Shown piece after piece: positions 44,658-53,689 of a stretch of 64,000 nt of DNA; within the stretch, counting starts at the first letter, position 1; every line of letters starts with the position of its first letter. The DNA is from Candidatus Latescibacterota bacterium (GTDB lineage Bacteria > Latescibacterota > UBA2968 > GCA-2709665), in the NCBI GenBank assembly GCA_963667175.2, contig CAXXXF010000002.1, forward strand, positions 224,001 through 288,000, given 5' to 3'. A model generated the notes under the pieces. It ran no database searches. It was given only the letters and a program-made list of their open reading frames with translations, and was not told the DNA's origin. Position numbers and translations under genes: made by a program.

Positions 44658-44908
44658 TGTGCTTACTGGACGACAAGCACGTAAGGATGGACAAGAAGCC
44701 AATCGCGAGTAGCTCTGATATCACCCGTAATTTCAGTATGTTAGACAGGAAAACTCTACGATGAGATACTTGTCGCTTGTAAGTACCGAAAATATCACGA
44801 TTTATCTTGCAGGGAGGTCTAACGACATCGGAACGCAGGACATATACAGGGTAGTGCAGGACATGTCGGCGCATTTGTCCCTTAGAAACAATCAGTTACA
44901 CGGGTACT
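44658..44908 (+). promoter_or_regulatory. CRISPR leader
   Basis: AT-richer non-coding stretch between cas2 and the first repeat. Confidence 0.7.
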
Positions 44909-46961
44909 ACGCAGAAATCTTTGATGCCGAAAGGCGTTGAGCACTTCGAATGAGAATGACTCCACACGAAAAGATCATGAACGCAGAAATCTTTGATGCC
45001 GAAAGGCGTTGAGCACAAAGAAACATCGAAGACGTCCAGGCAAATGACCTTGACGCAGAAATCTTTGATGCCGAAAGGCGTTGAGCACGGGAATGTCATT
45101 GTGGATCGGCAGTGGTTGGTGTATACGCAGAAATCTTTGATGCCGAAAGGCGTTGAGCACTCGATCGGTTCGCCGTCGATCCAGATCCGGCGCGCCAGAC
45201 GCAGAAATCTTTGATGCCGAAAGGCGTTGAGCACCCGTTGCCTGTTCCACTGCGCTCCCCTTTCGCTGCCTACGCAGAAATCTTTGATGCCGAAAGGCGT
45301 TGAGCACCGCTCAGGAAGTCGATTGGCAACGTCGTAGAAGCACGCAGAAATCTTTGATGCCGAAAGGCGTTGAGCACAAGAACATCCAGTCCGCGTATCA
45401 GCACGATACATACGCAGAAATCTTTGATGCCGAAAGGCGTTGAGCACTTGCGCCTCTGCTGGTCCAGCCGCTGGCTCGTGAAGCACGCAGAAATCTTTGA
45501 TGCCGAAAGGCGTTGAGCACCTGGTTGCGCGTTCGCGGATCACACGCCAGGCCCGCCGACGCAGAAATCTTTGATGCCGAAAGGCGTTGAGCACATGGGA
45601 GTGGGCAAGAGGACAGCCCACCCCCATCACACGCAGAAATCTTTGATGCCGAAAGGCGTTGAGCACATACCGAGGGCATTCGCCGCTTCTCTTCCTGCGA
45701 GGTTACGCAGAAATCTTTGATGCCGAAAGGCGTTGAGCACAAGACATCTGGAATTTGAGCGGATTGACGCGGGCGACGCAGAAATCTTTGATGCCGAAAG
45801 GCGTTGAGCACTATCAGACGACGGCCGGCTCGAACACCTTTCCGAACGACGCAGAAATCTTTGATGCCGAAAGGCGTTGAGCACAGGAAAAATCAAATGT
45901 CTTTGTAATGAATGGTGGATACGCAGAAATCTTTGATGCCGAAAGGCGTTGAGCACTATCAGGAATTCAAGGAGCGATTTCTTGTCAATCAACGCAGAAA
46001 TCTTTGATGCCGAAAGGCGTTGAGCACAATGATGCAACACCCGGCGCAACAGGGGGAAGTTGCAAACGCAGAAATCTTTGATGCCGAAAGGCGTTGAGCA
46101 CATCATGGTTGTTCCCCTTGTATGTGTTTGTTGCGCTACGCAGAAATCTTTGATGCCGAAAGGCGTTGAGCACGCTTTAGCTGATGGTTCCCGTAGATGG
46201 GTAGAGATTGACGCAGAAATCTTTGATGCCGAAAGGCGTTGAGCACTCCGATTGCCAGTAGACAATCGACGGCGTTTCGATAACGCAGAAATCTTTGATG
46301 CCGAAAGGCGTTGAGCACTCACAATCGCGGCTGCCGGCGAATCGATCGGCTCGACGCAGAAATCTTTGATGCCGAAAGGCGTTGAGCACGTTAAGAGTTC
46401 GCGGAAAGCCTGCTTGGCCGCCACGCAGAAATCTTTGATGCCGAAAGGCGTTGAGCACCCGCGATCAACCTGGAAAACCGGCTGCGGGTCGACGCAGAAA
46501 TCTTTGATGCCGAAAGGCGTTGAGCACTTAGTTGTGTGGCAAGGGAATAAGCCCAAGCCCGAACGCAGAAATCTTTGATGCCGAAAGGCGTTGAGCACAT
46601 TGATTGCGAATTTCCACTTGATGCCCGCATCTTCGACGCAGAAATCTTTGATGCCGAAAGGCGTTGAGCACGTAAACAGCCTGGAAGATCATCCAGAATC
46701 AATACACTACGCAGAAATCTTTGATGCCGAAAGGCGTTGAGCACTCCGATTGCCAGTAGACAATCGACGGCGTTTCGATAACGCAGAAATCTTTGATGCC
46801 GAAAGGCGTTGAGCACGACCGCCCGCAGTTGCAGGACGGTGTCGCGCAGATCGACGCAGAAATCTTTGATGCCGAAAGGCGTTGAGCACAACCCACATCG
46901 CACACCATCTGTGCCTTTGTTGCCGACGCAGAAATCTTTGATGCCGAAAGGCGTTGAGCAC
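44909..46961 (+). CRISPR. CRISPR array, 29 repeats (ACGCAGAAATCTTTGATGCCGAAAGGCGTTGAGCAC, 36 nt) and 28 spacers of 33-38 nt
   Basis: Counted by eye; hairpin GCC-GAAA-GGC; orientation from the leader side and 3' GTTGAGCAC end. Confidence 0.97.
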
Positions 46962-46998
46962 CCAATGACCATGGCTTGTTCGATAGTGGGGTGAAATC

Positions 46999-47562
46999 TT
47001 GACGCAAAAGGAAATCATCGCACGTCGCCCAAGGCTCAAAGTTCCGGATGAATTTCAGGATGAATGGGTGACTTTGGCCGACGTCGGGTTCGACGGGGAG
47101 TGGGTATCGCCGATTCAGAAGAAATCGAACAGCAGGAAAGGTCCGGTACTCGTAGCGAAACACTGGTTCGATGCGGAATCCGTGAATCTGAATCGAAAAG
47201 TCCTCGAGTGCTTCGGGTATCTGCCCGGCAATCCGTTCAACCGCGCACTTGACCGGGTTCTTGCGTCTGTCGGTCTTGAGCGTGGGGACGTCTACATCAC
47301 GCAGGCGTGCCACTTCCTGCCGAAGAACGACAAGCGGAAGAGAGTGCCGTCCAAATTGATGAAGCTTTCCGTGGAGACGGTGACCCGCCATGAAGTTGAG
47401 GGTCGGCGGGTGATCGCCTTGGGTGGCGAGGCACAGATGGCCTTGACGCGTGCCAATATTGGCTTCCTGCCGTGCCCGCATCCGAGTTCATCGGTCGCTG
47501 GACGATTCGAGGAATTGGCAGAAGCGCTTCGCGATTCGGCGCCGTTCGTCAGCGCCAGTTAG
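46999..47562 (+). CDS. Uracil-DNA glycosylase superfamily-like protein (paralogue of 52777-53316)
   Basis: VYITQA.HF, VIALGGEA, CPHPS motifs. Confidence 0.65.
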   Translation: MTQKEIIARRPRLKVPDEFQDEWVTLADVGFDGEWVSPIQKKSNSRKGPVLVAKHWFDAESVNLNRKVLECFGYLPGNPFNRALDRVLASVGLERGDVYITQACHFLPKNDKRKRVPSKLMKLSVETVTRHEVEGRRVIALGGEAQMALTRANIGFLPCPHPSSSVAGRFEELAEALRDSAPFVSAS

Positions 47563-47564
47563 TG

Positions 47565-47777
47565 ATCTCCCCTCGCTTCGGCGGCCTGCCTGCGCAGCGG
47601 TGTGCGCTGCAGGCAGGGGGGAGCGGATTGAAACCTCTCCCCGATCCCGTCCTACGGATGCCGGTTGTCGTATCTCCCCTCGCTTCGGCGGCGGGAGCGG
47701 ATTGAAACTTGTGTGAGATGTCCTCAGGACAGTCGAGGCAGGATCTCCCCTCGCTACGGCGGGGGGAGCGGAATTCC
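47565..47777 (+). CRISPR. Degenerate mini-array of a second repeat family (ATCTCCCCTCGCTTCGGCGGnGGAGCGGATTGAAAC): 3 repeats, 2 spacers
   Basis: Repeats at 47565-47634 (interrupted), 47672-47708 and 47743-about 47777; spacers 37 and 34 nt. Confidence 0.8.
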
Positions 47778-47804
47778 TTTAAAGGAACAAGAGGGAGTCA
47801 ACAC

Positions 47805-48740
47805 ATTAGGCGAATCGTACTCAGCCGCAAGGGATTCGACTCGAGCCGCAAGGGATTGGAATCGCCGAACGGCGGCGTGCCCAGTCCCATTTTCCCGGAC
47901 GGTCGAATCCTTTCCTTGCCTATTCCGACTCCCAGGCGCTATCCTCAATCTTCGAAACGGTTTGACGACATTGTGTGGGATGGTAGATCGCTATCTCCGC
48001 TCGTGGAGAGTCTTAGTAAAGTTAGAGGTGAGTGTTGGTGCCACTTGGATCCGGATATTCGAGCAGATGCGATCCAACGGCAACCTGGATGGCGGCCGGC
48101 GTTCGGACAGGTTGATGGATCTCAATCCCAATTGGCCAATCAGGAAGTCTCTCAGGGCGACCTGTTCCTGTTTTTTGGTACATTCCGGCGTGTCGAAGAT
48201 GATGGCAGTGGAGGTTGGCGTTACGTCAGAACCGCACCGAAAGTCCATATGCTTTTTGGCTGGTTACAAGTGCAGGAGGTTTTGTCGTTTCGTACTAATG
48301 CCGACTACGACCGGGCACTTTGCAAGTATCCGTGGCTGTCGGACCACCCACATCTCCACAGATCATTTACGGAACGTGCCCACAGTCTTCGCAAGCTTCC
48401 GAACAACACCGTCTACCTGTCGAACCCGAAGCTCAATATACGGGGAATAGACCTACCGGGAGGTGGCGTATTTCAGAGTGAACACGGCCGTATCGTATTG
48501 ACTGATCCAGAGGAGGTTGGAAAAGGAGCACCCTGTCGGCCTTCGTACTGGAGGCTGCCCGAGTGGTTCTGGCCGGACAGCGATTATCGCCGGTTACGAC
48601 GCAAAGTCATGTTGCGGCGGCGCGACACGGAGTGGATCCATGTCGCCTCGGGAGGTAGGGGACAGGAGTTCGTAGTTGACGTACACGACGTCTCAGATGC
48701 CGCAAACAAGTGGGTGCGCAATCTGTTCGAAGATGCTTGA
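47805..48740 (+). CDS. Nmad3 (nucleotide modification-associated domain 3)-like protein; expected ATG reads AGG at 47808
   Basis: IVLSRKGFDS...GGVPSPIFPDG..LSLPIP, CHLDPD, FGQ, GDLFLFFG.F, HPH, GQEFV. Confidence 0.75.
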   Translation: MRRIVLSRKGFDSSRKGLESPNGGVPSPIFPDGRILSLPIPTPRRYPQSSKRFDDIVWDGRSLSPLVESLSKVRGECWCHLDPDIRADAIQRQPGWRPAFGQVDGSQSQLANQEVSQGDLFLFFGTFRRVEDDGSGGWRYVRTAPKVHMLFGWLQVQEVLSFRTNADYDRALCKYPWLSDHPHLHRSFTERAHSLRKLPNNTVYLSNPKLNIRGIDLPGGGVFQSEHGRIVLTDPEEVGKGAPCRPSYWRLPEWFWPDSDYRRLRRKVMLRRRDTEWIHVASGGRGQEFVVDVHDVSDAANKWVRNLFEDA

Positions 48741-48767
48741 GCGGCACCAAGAGTCCGAGAGGTCGCG

Positions 48768-48803
48768 GCGCAGAAATCTTTGATGCCGAAAGGCGTTGAG
48801 CAC
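48768..48803 (+). CRISPR. Solitary repeat of the main array family (35/36 identical)
   Basis: gcgcagaaatctttgatgccgaaaggcgttgagcac, 27 bp after the Nmad3 stop. Confidence 0.92.
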
Positions 48804-49182
48804 GTGATAAAAGAGGCGAGTTGCGATTCTTGGCGATGCAGGCGTCTGGAATTTGAGGGATTGTAGTGGGTGATAGATCGTCTTTCCTGTGGAGTTTACC
48901 GTTCAATAAGAATCAGTCGATCCACGCAATGCAGTCTTAGTGATAAGGGGGGAGCCAATGTCGACACACAAGCTGGAGATCGTACAGGTACTGGAAAAGT
49001 ATCCTGACGGGGCGCTGGTCGAGGAGTTGATGAAAGAAAGGCGGCGGATAAGGAAGTCCGAGACCGGATTGACGCTGCTCGCGTTTTTGCCCGCCAGTGG
49101 GACATCGTACGGGTAGACCATTGTACTTTTCAACTGATGCTGTGAATTGGCAGGTGCGTCACCGTTAGGTAACCATGCACAG

Positions 49183-49286
49183 GTATTGTGCCCACTAAGG
49201 AGCGGTTTGAAATATCAAAACTCCAATGCAGGTGTTCAGTGACCCGTGGGAAATCGAGAATCTTCCATCAGAACAAGGATTGAAAA
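49183..49286 (+). CRISPR. Hybrid repeat-spacer-repeat unit
   Basis: ...taaggagcggtttgaaat, 36 nt, then gaaatcgagaatcttccatcagaacaaggattgaaaa. Confidence 0.65.
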
Positions 49287-49503
49287 TACCCGTGGACAGG
49301 GTCTATTGATTCACTACAGAAGGCTTAGAAAGTACGAACGGTCTGGTTCCTGACGACGCTTTATGCTTAAAGTGCGGAGCAATCGGTTACGGTCAGTGCA
49401 CATGCCCTACACCGGCCCATTGCTGCGACTGAACGGCTCCAGGGGATCTACATTGCACCTGTGCCGTAGGACAGGGACCCGTGTGGTCAGACGAGGAGTA
49501 AAT

Positions 49504-50094
49504 ATGCTGATTTTAATTCTGCTCTCCGTGGGCTTAGCCCAGGCGGAGCTGCCAGAAGGTTTTTCTACCTGGGACTTGTCGATCAAAAAGGATCCCATCG
49601 AAGAAACGACAACTATACGGCTGACCCTGCATGGTGAGGCATTGGTGTATGTTAAGGGTCAGCGATATGGTAGAGAGTATGATCATTTTGGGGCGATCTC
49701 CTTTAGTTGTCATTTGTCCAGATATGCAAGCACAGTAGAAATGGGTGTATTGACCCATAAATCGTTCATATATGGTGTAGAGGAAGGGGACGCGGTGGAG
49801 CCAGCGTTCATGATTATGCGATATGATAGTAAAACGCCGAAGAAGATATTCGGATGGAAAACGACAAGGGTGAAAGGTCGGGATCTGCTTCTACCACCTG
49901 AGGGATTTATGAACGCATTCGTAGATACATTACGTAAAGGCGGACATTATGAATTGTTGTTAAGATCGGAATCGCCGTTTACTGGTAAGCGATGGACAAT
50001 GAAATTTAACGTCACTCACAGTAGACGAAACGTGATGAACTTTCTTAGAAAGTGTAAGGCTCACCGGAGGGATGATCACGGCTACAACTACTGA
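49504..50094 (+). CDS. Secreted hypothetical protein
   Basis: GAGGAG RBS, signal peptide ending AQA, lower GC than the core genes. Confidence 0.65.
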   Translation: MLILILLSVGLAQAELPEGFSTWDLSIKKDPIEETTTIRLTLHGEALVYVKGQRYGREYDHFGAISFSCHLSRYASTVEMGVLTHKSFIYGVEEGDAVEPAFMIMRYDSKTPKKIFGWKTTRVKGRDLLLPPEGFMNAFVDTLRKGGHYELLLRSESPFTGKRWTMKFNVTHSRRNVMNFLRKCKAHRRDDHGYNY

Positions 50095-50188
50095 GCATTT
50101 GAATAGCGCCATATTTCTTCCTGCTCAAGCAGTTGAAGATATAGAGAAGGATGATTGGTATCGCGGACACCTGCGAACGCGCACGTAA

Positions 50189-50225
50189 CCCGTTGAGAAT
50201 CTTCCATCGGAACAAGGGTAGAAAC
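50189..50225 (+). CRISPR. Solitary degenerate repeat, CTTCCATCAGAACAAGGATTGA family
   Basis: cccgttgagaatcttccatcggaacaagggtagaaac. Confidence 0.65.
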
Positions 50226-50280
50226 TTGCCCAAACCAGAAAACGGGCGACAAAGTAGCTGATGGGGCTCTCTACTTAGAT

Positions 50281-50598
50281 TTGGACGGTGGAGAATTAGG
50301 CAAAACGGTCTTGTCCGTCGAAGGCGGAAACATCCGACCGTCGGATTTACAAGACCTGCAAGGGGTGTTACATTCCGATCCAGATGCCCGCCTTTCCGGT
50401 TTCCTTTCGTTGAATGAACCCACAAAGGCAATGGGAAAGGCTGTCAGTTCAGATGGACAATGGAGTTACAAGGGCGAGACCTACGACAAAATTCAGTTGC
50501 TCACCGTTCGTGACGTGGTCGACGGGAAGCGGTTGTTCCAGACGCCTACCAGCCTGAAATACAAGGATTACCACTTGCAGGAAACGATCCGGTTTTAG
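50281..50598 (+). pseudogene. Fragment of an Mrr-like restriction endonuclease domain, of the kind fused C-terminally to DNA methyltransferases
   Basis: SV.GG.IRP.D..DL.GVL...GFLSL..PT..M...Y.KIQLLTV; N-terminus absent. Confidence 0.55.
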
Positions 50599-50990
50599 AT
50601 CTCCAATTCGGGAAGAAGACATATGCGACCGAATCTCGCGCAGGTCAAGTCGTTTATTCTATCCGAGTTTCCTGAGTTACTGCCAGATGGCCATTGAAGA
50701 CGGATGGTCTTTTTTCTATAAAGAGATAAGAAAAGGACGCGACTCCACCCGAATCGCCCGCGTCAAGCAGGCGAGCTCAAACAGTAAAATAGATTTCAAA
50801 CCTGCTGTTACTGCCAGAATAACGGGAGATGAACGATTGAGGGTTGAGATAACAACTGACTGGGAGAACGAGATTCGCAACGTAACCGAACGGGAGTTGG
50901 AACTTTGGGAGTGCCATTTCGGGAAACAGGATTGGCAATTTTAAACCCAAAACGCACCAGCCCGTCTCTTAATTTCGTCCTGCGCGCGTG

Positions 50991-51092
50991 ATTTCCCCTC
51001 GCTTCGGCGGGGCACGAGGGATTGAAGCTAGTCCACGGGGGCGATCCGTAAGGGTATCGGGTCGCCCCCTACGTGGTGCGTGGGCTGAAAAA
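50991..51092 (+). CRISPR. Hybrid unit: family-2 repeat, 32-nt spacer, type I-C-like repeat
   Basis: atttcccctcgcttcggcggggcacgagggattgaagc (50991-51028); gtcgccccctacgtggtgcgtgggctgaaa (51061-51090). Confidence 0.65.
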
Positions 51093-51153
51093 GCGCCGCC
51101 ACGCTTATTTACAGGTAACCCGTTTCCACTCCATACTTCGACAAGGAGGTCCG

Positions 51154-51741
51154 ATGGACACGAGTGAATTGTACGAATTTAGCCAGGGTCTGGAGTCGCT
51201 GATCCGAAAACCGACCGATCTGCGACCCTTCGTATGTGAGGGTTCGCCTCTTGCATGTGATGCGTTCCTCGTGGGTATCAATCCCGCGAGCGAAATGTCG
51301 GATGACTTCTGGGATTTCTGGTCGGACAGTTATGGATTCGACAAGAGCGCGTGGTTTGAGAAGTACAAGGAGGAGCGAAGAACTCGCCCGCTGAAACTCG
51401 GAAGGAAGAGAAGGAATGAAGTAAGCAACACACGCAGAATCATCGAGGAGGTCGTTTTGGGCGCCAATCCCGTCAAATGTCTTGAGACGAACATATACGC
51501 GAAAGCGACGAAACAGGCATCGGACCTGGACGAGCAAAACAGAATCACGGCGCCCTTCGACTATCTCTTGCGCGAGATAGCGCCGAAGTTGGTGATTGCC
51601 CACGGCAAGGACGCTGCCGAGTACCTGCAAGCGCAGGACCTACCGTGCAAACTCAGGTGTGTCAAACATTTCCGACTCTGGTCCAAGCAGAACGCGCGAG
51701 ATCTAGGGTTGAGTATTCGCAGGTATTGTGAGGGAGAGTAG
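51154..51741 (+). CDS. Uracil-DNA glycosylase superfamily-like protein
   Basis: FLVGINPA, ETNIY, PKLVIAHGK, KHF; AAGGAGG RBS. Confidence 0.65.
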   Translation: MDTSELYEFSQGLESLIRKPTDLRPFVCEGSPLACDAFLVGINPASEMSDDFWDFWSDSYGFDKSAWFEKYKEERRTRPLKLGRKRRNEVSNTRRIIEEVVLGANPVKCLETNIYAKATKQASDLDEQNRITAPFDYLLREIAPKLVIAHGKDAAEYLQAQDLPCKLRCVKHFRLWSKQNARDLGLSIRRYCEGE

Positions 51742-51887
51742 CGGGACCGCGCGTGAAAACCCGCCTCGGGTTCACAGCCCATTCGCTTCGCCGGTTGACG
51801 TCCAAAGTCGCTAGGCGAGCCACGCCCGCTGAGATTCCTGCATAAGTAACGAGGTTTGACCGGAACGAAGGATGAAGGGGTCTATGG

Positions 51888-52751
51888 ATGATCAAGATAG
51901 TCAGTTGGAACATCGACAACCGAATGCAGCCGTGGTGCGAACTGGTGCGGATGGCGCAGGACGGCGAGGCCGACCTGGCGCTCCTGCAGGAAGCGGGTGG
52001 CCCGCCAGGCGACCTTGTACATCTGGTCGAATACGATGATGCGGTGTTTTGGAACCGCCAACTTTACGACCGATGGCCACTGGTCGTGAAGTTGTCCGAT
52101 CGAATAGCAGTCGAACATTACCGACAGGTGCCGCCGATCAGCGAACTTGGTATGAGCGACATTGGCGTGAGCGGTATCGGGACCATCGCCGCCGCGAGGG
52201 TGATCCCTTACGAAAGTGAAGATGAGGCCTTCGTCGCTGTCTCCATGTACGCGCGCTGGCTGAAGCCGCATCCGTCTACGGATAGCCCATGGAAAGTCGG
52301 TTACTCGGATGCGTCGGCACATCGAGTTATTTCGGACCTATCGGCTTTCATCGGTCACACCAACCCGTCCAGACACAGGATTCTGGCGGCAGGCGACCTG
52401 AACATGTTTTACGGGGCAACCGGCACGAGACTGTCACTGCCGGAACGTGAGCGCACGGTCTGGGATCGAATGAAATCGCTCGGACTGGAATTTTTGGGAC
52501 CGCAGGTTCCTTGCGGACGACCCGCACCGACTGCGCCGGACGACGTACCTTGCGATACGAAGAATGTACCGACGTACTACAAGGTTGGAGAATGCCCGGA
52601 AAAGGCGACGAATCAATTGGACTACGCATTTGCGTCGCACGGCTTCCACGAAAGGGTTTCAGTACGGGCGATGAACGAGATTTGCGAATGGGGATGCAGC
52701 GACCACTGCAGGCTGATCATTGAGGTAAAGACGAACGCCGATAGCGCCTGA
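51888..52751 (+). CDS. Endonuclease/exonuclease/phosphatase (EEP) family protein
   Basis: IVSWNI, LLQEA, AGDLN, LDYAFAS, SDH. Confidence 0.88.
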   Translation: MIKIVSWNIDNRMQPWCELVRMAQDGEADLALLQEAGGPPGDLVHLVEYDDAVFWNRQLYDRWPLVVKLSDRIAVEHYRQVPPISELGMSDIGVSGIGTIAAARVIPYESEDEAFVAVSMYARWLKPHPSTDSPWKVGYSDASAHRVISDLSAFIGHTNPSRHRILAAGDLNMFYGATGTRLSLPERERTVWDRMKSLGLEFLGPQVPCGRPAPTAPDDVPCDTKNVPTYYKVGECPEKATNQLDYAFASHGFHERVSVRAMNEICEWGCSDHCRLIIEVKTNADSA

Positions 52752-52776
52752 CAGAGTTGCGCCACGAGGTGAAACC

Positions 52777-53316
52777 ATGGAACGAGAGGACATAATCGAA
52801 CGTCGCCGAAGCCTTCAAGTTCCGGACGAATTTCAGGATGAATGGATGACATTAGCCGACGTCGGGTTCGACGGTGAGTGGGTATCGCCAATTCAGAAGA
52901 TATCGAACAGCATGAGGGGTCCGGTACTCGTAGCAAAGCACTGGCTCGACGCCGAATCCGTGGATCTGAATCGGGAAGTCCTCGAATGCTTGGGATATTT
53001 GCCTGGCAACCGATTCAATCAGTCTCTTAATCGGGCCCTGGCAAATGTCGGGAAAGCACGTGGGGACGTCTACATTACACAGGCGTGCCACTTCCTACCG
53101 AAGGACGACAAGCGGAAGCGAGTGCCGGCCGAATTGATGAAACTTTCCGTGAAGGAGGTGACCCGCTATGAAGTTGAGGGTCGAAGGGTCATTGCGTTGG
53201 GTGGTGAGGCTCAGTTGGCCCTGGAGCGTTTCGGTATTGATTTTCTGCCGTGCGCGCATCCGAGTTCATCGGTCACTGGACGATTCGAGGAATTGGCAGA
53301 TGCGATTCGAGATTAG
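52777..53316 (+). CDS. UDG superfamily-like protein (paralogue of 46999-47562)
   Basis: Highly similar translation; VIALGGEA, CAHPS. Confidence 0.65.
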   Translation: MEREDIIERRRSLQVPDEFQDEWMTLADVGFDGEWVSPIQKISNSMRGPVLVAKHWLDAESVDLNREVLECLGYLPGNRFNQSLNRALANVGKARGDVYITQACHFLPKDDKRKRVPAELMKLSVKEVTRYEVEGRRVIALGGEAQLALERFGIDFLPCAHPSSSVTGRFEELADAIRD

Positions 53317-53341
53317 GCGCCGTTCGTGGGCTCTATCCCAA

Positions 53342-53451
53342 ATCTCCTCTCGCTTCAGCGGTGGGAACGGATTGAAACGCGTCGCGCCGCTCGCAGATGG
53401 AGTGGATGGCGGCGCCCAGCGAGAGCCTTCCATCAGAACAAGGATTGAGAC
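53342..53451 (+). CRISPR. Three abutting repeats of different families
   Basis: 53342-53378 family 2; 53381-53408 I-C-like gtcgcgccgctcgcagatggagtggat; 53415-53451 cccagcgagagccttccatcagaacaaggattgagac. Confidence 0.7.
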
Positions 53452-53456
53452 TGCTT

Positions 53457-53633
53457 ATGCCGCAAGATATCCGAAATCGACAGGAACCGGCCGCCTTCCA
53501 GGTCTGGCATCCGGATGGGACGCCCTTTTCCGATGATGACTATCGAAAGGCCGGAATGCCTGTACCAACCCCCGAGCAGATCGCTCACTGGGCTGAGATG
53601 GACCGAAGTTTCGCCGATCCGGATACTGACTGA
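53457..53633 (+). CDS. Small hypothetical protein (WHPDGTP domain)
   Basis: Conserved paralogue at 55643-55837 and a fused copy at about 57105-57200. Confidence 0.6.
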   Translation: MPQDIRNRQEPAAFQVWHPDGTPFSDDDYRKAGMPVPTPEQIAHWAEMDRSFADPDTD

Positions 53634-53653
53634 GGCTTGATCGGATACATCCG

Positions 53654-53689
53654 CCCAGAGAAATCGTCCATCAAAGAATGGATTGAAGC
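53654..53689 (+). CRISPR. Solitary degenerate repeat overlapping the methyltransferase start
   Basis: cccagagaaatcgtccatcaaagaatggattgaagc aligns with 53415-53451. Confidence 0.55.

Noticed and set aside
47002-47016. acgcaaaaggaaatc as a degenerate 30th repeat
   Set aside because: Only the first few bases resemble the repeat, and it is the coding start of the UDG-like gene.
44896-47039. Long ORFs across the CRISPR array (MLNAFRHQRFLR repeats)
   Set aside because: These are translations of the repeat sequence, not genes.
48958-49116. Short + strand ORF (MSTHKLEIV...) with RBS; likewise 50687-50944 and 54590-54847
   Set aside because: Possible gene fragments but with no recognisable motif, so left unannotated.
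50097-50139. atttgaatagcgcc...gttgaaga as a fifth repeat family
   Set aside because: Single copy, too long and too degenerate to support.
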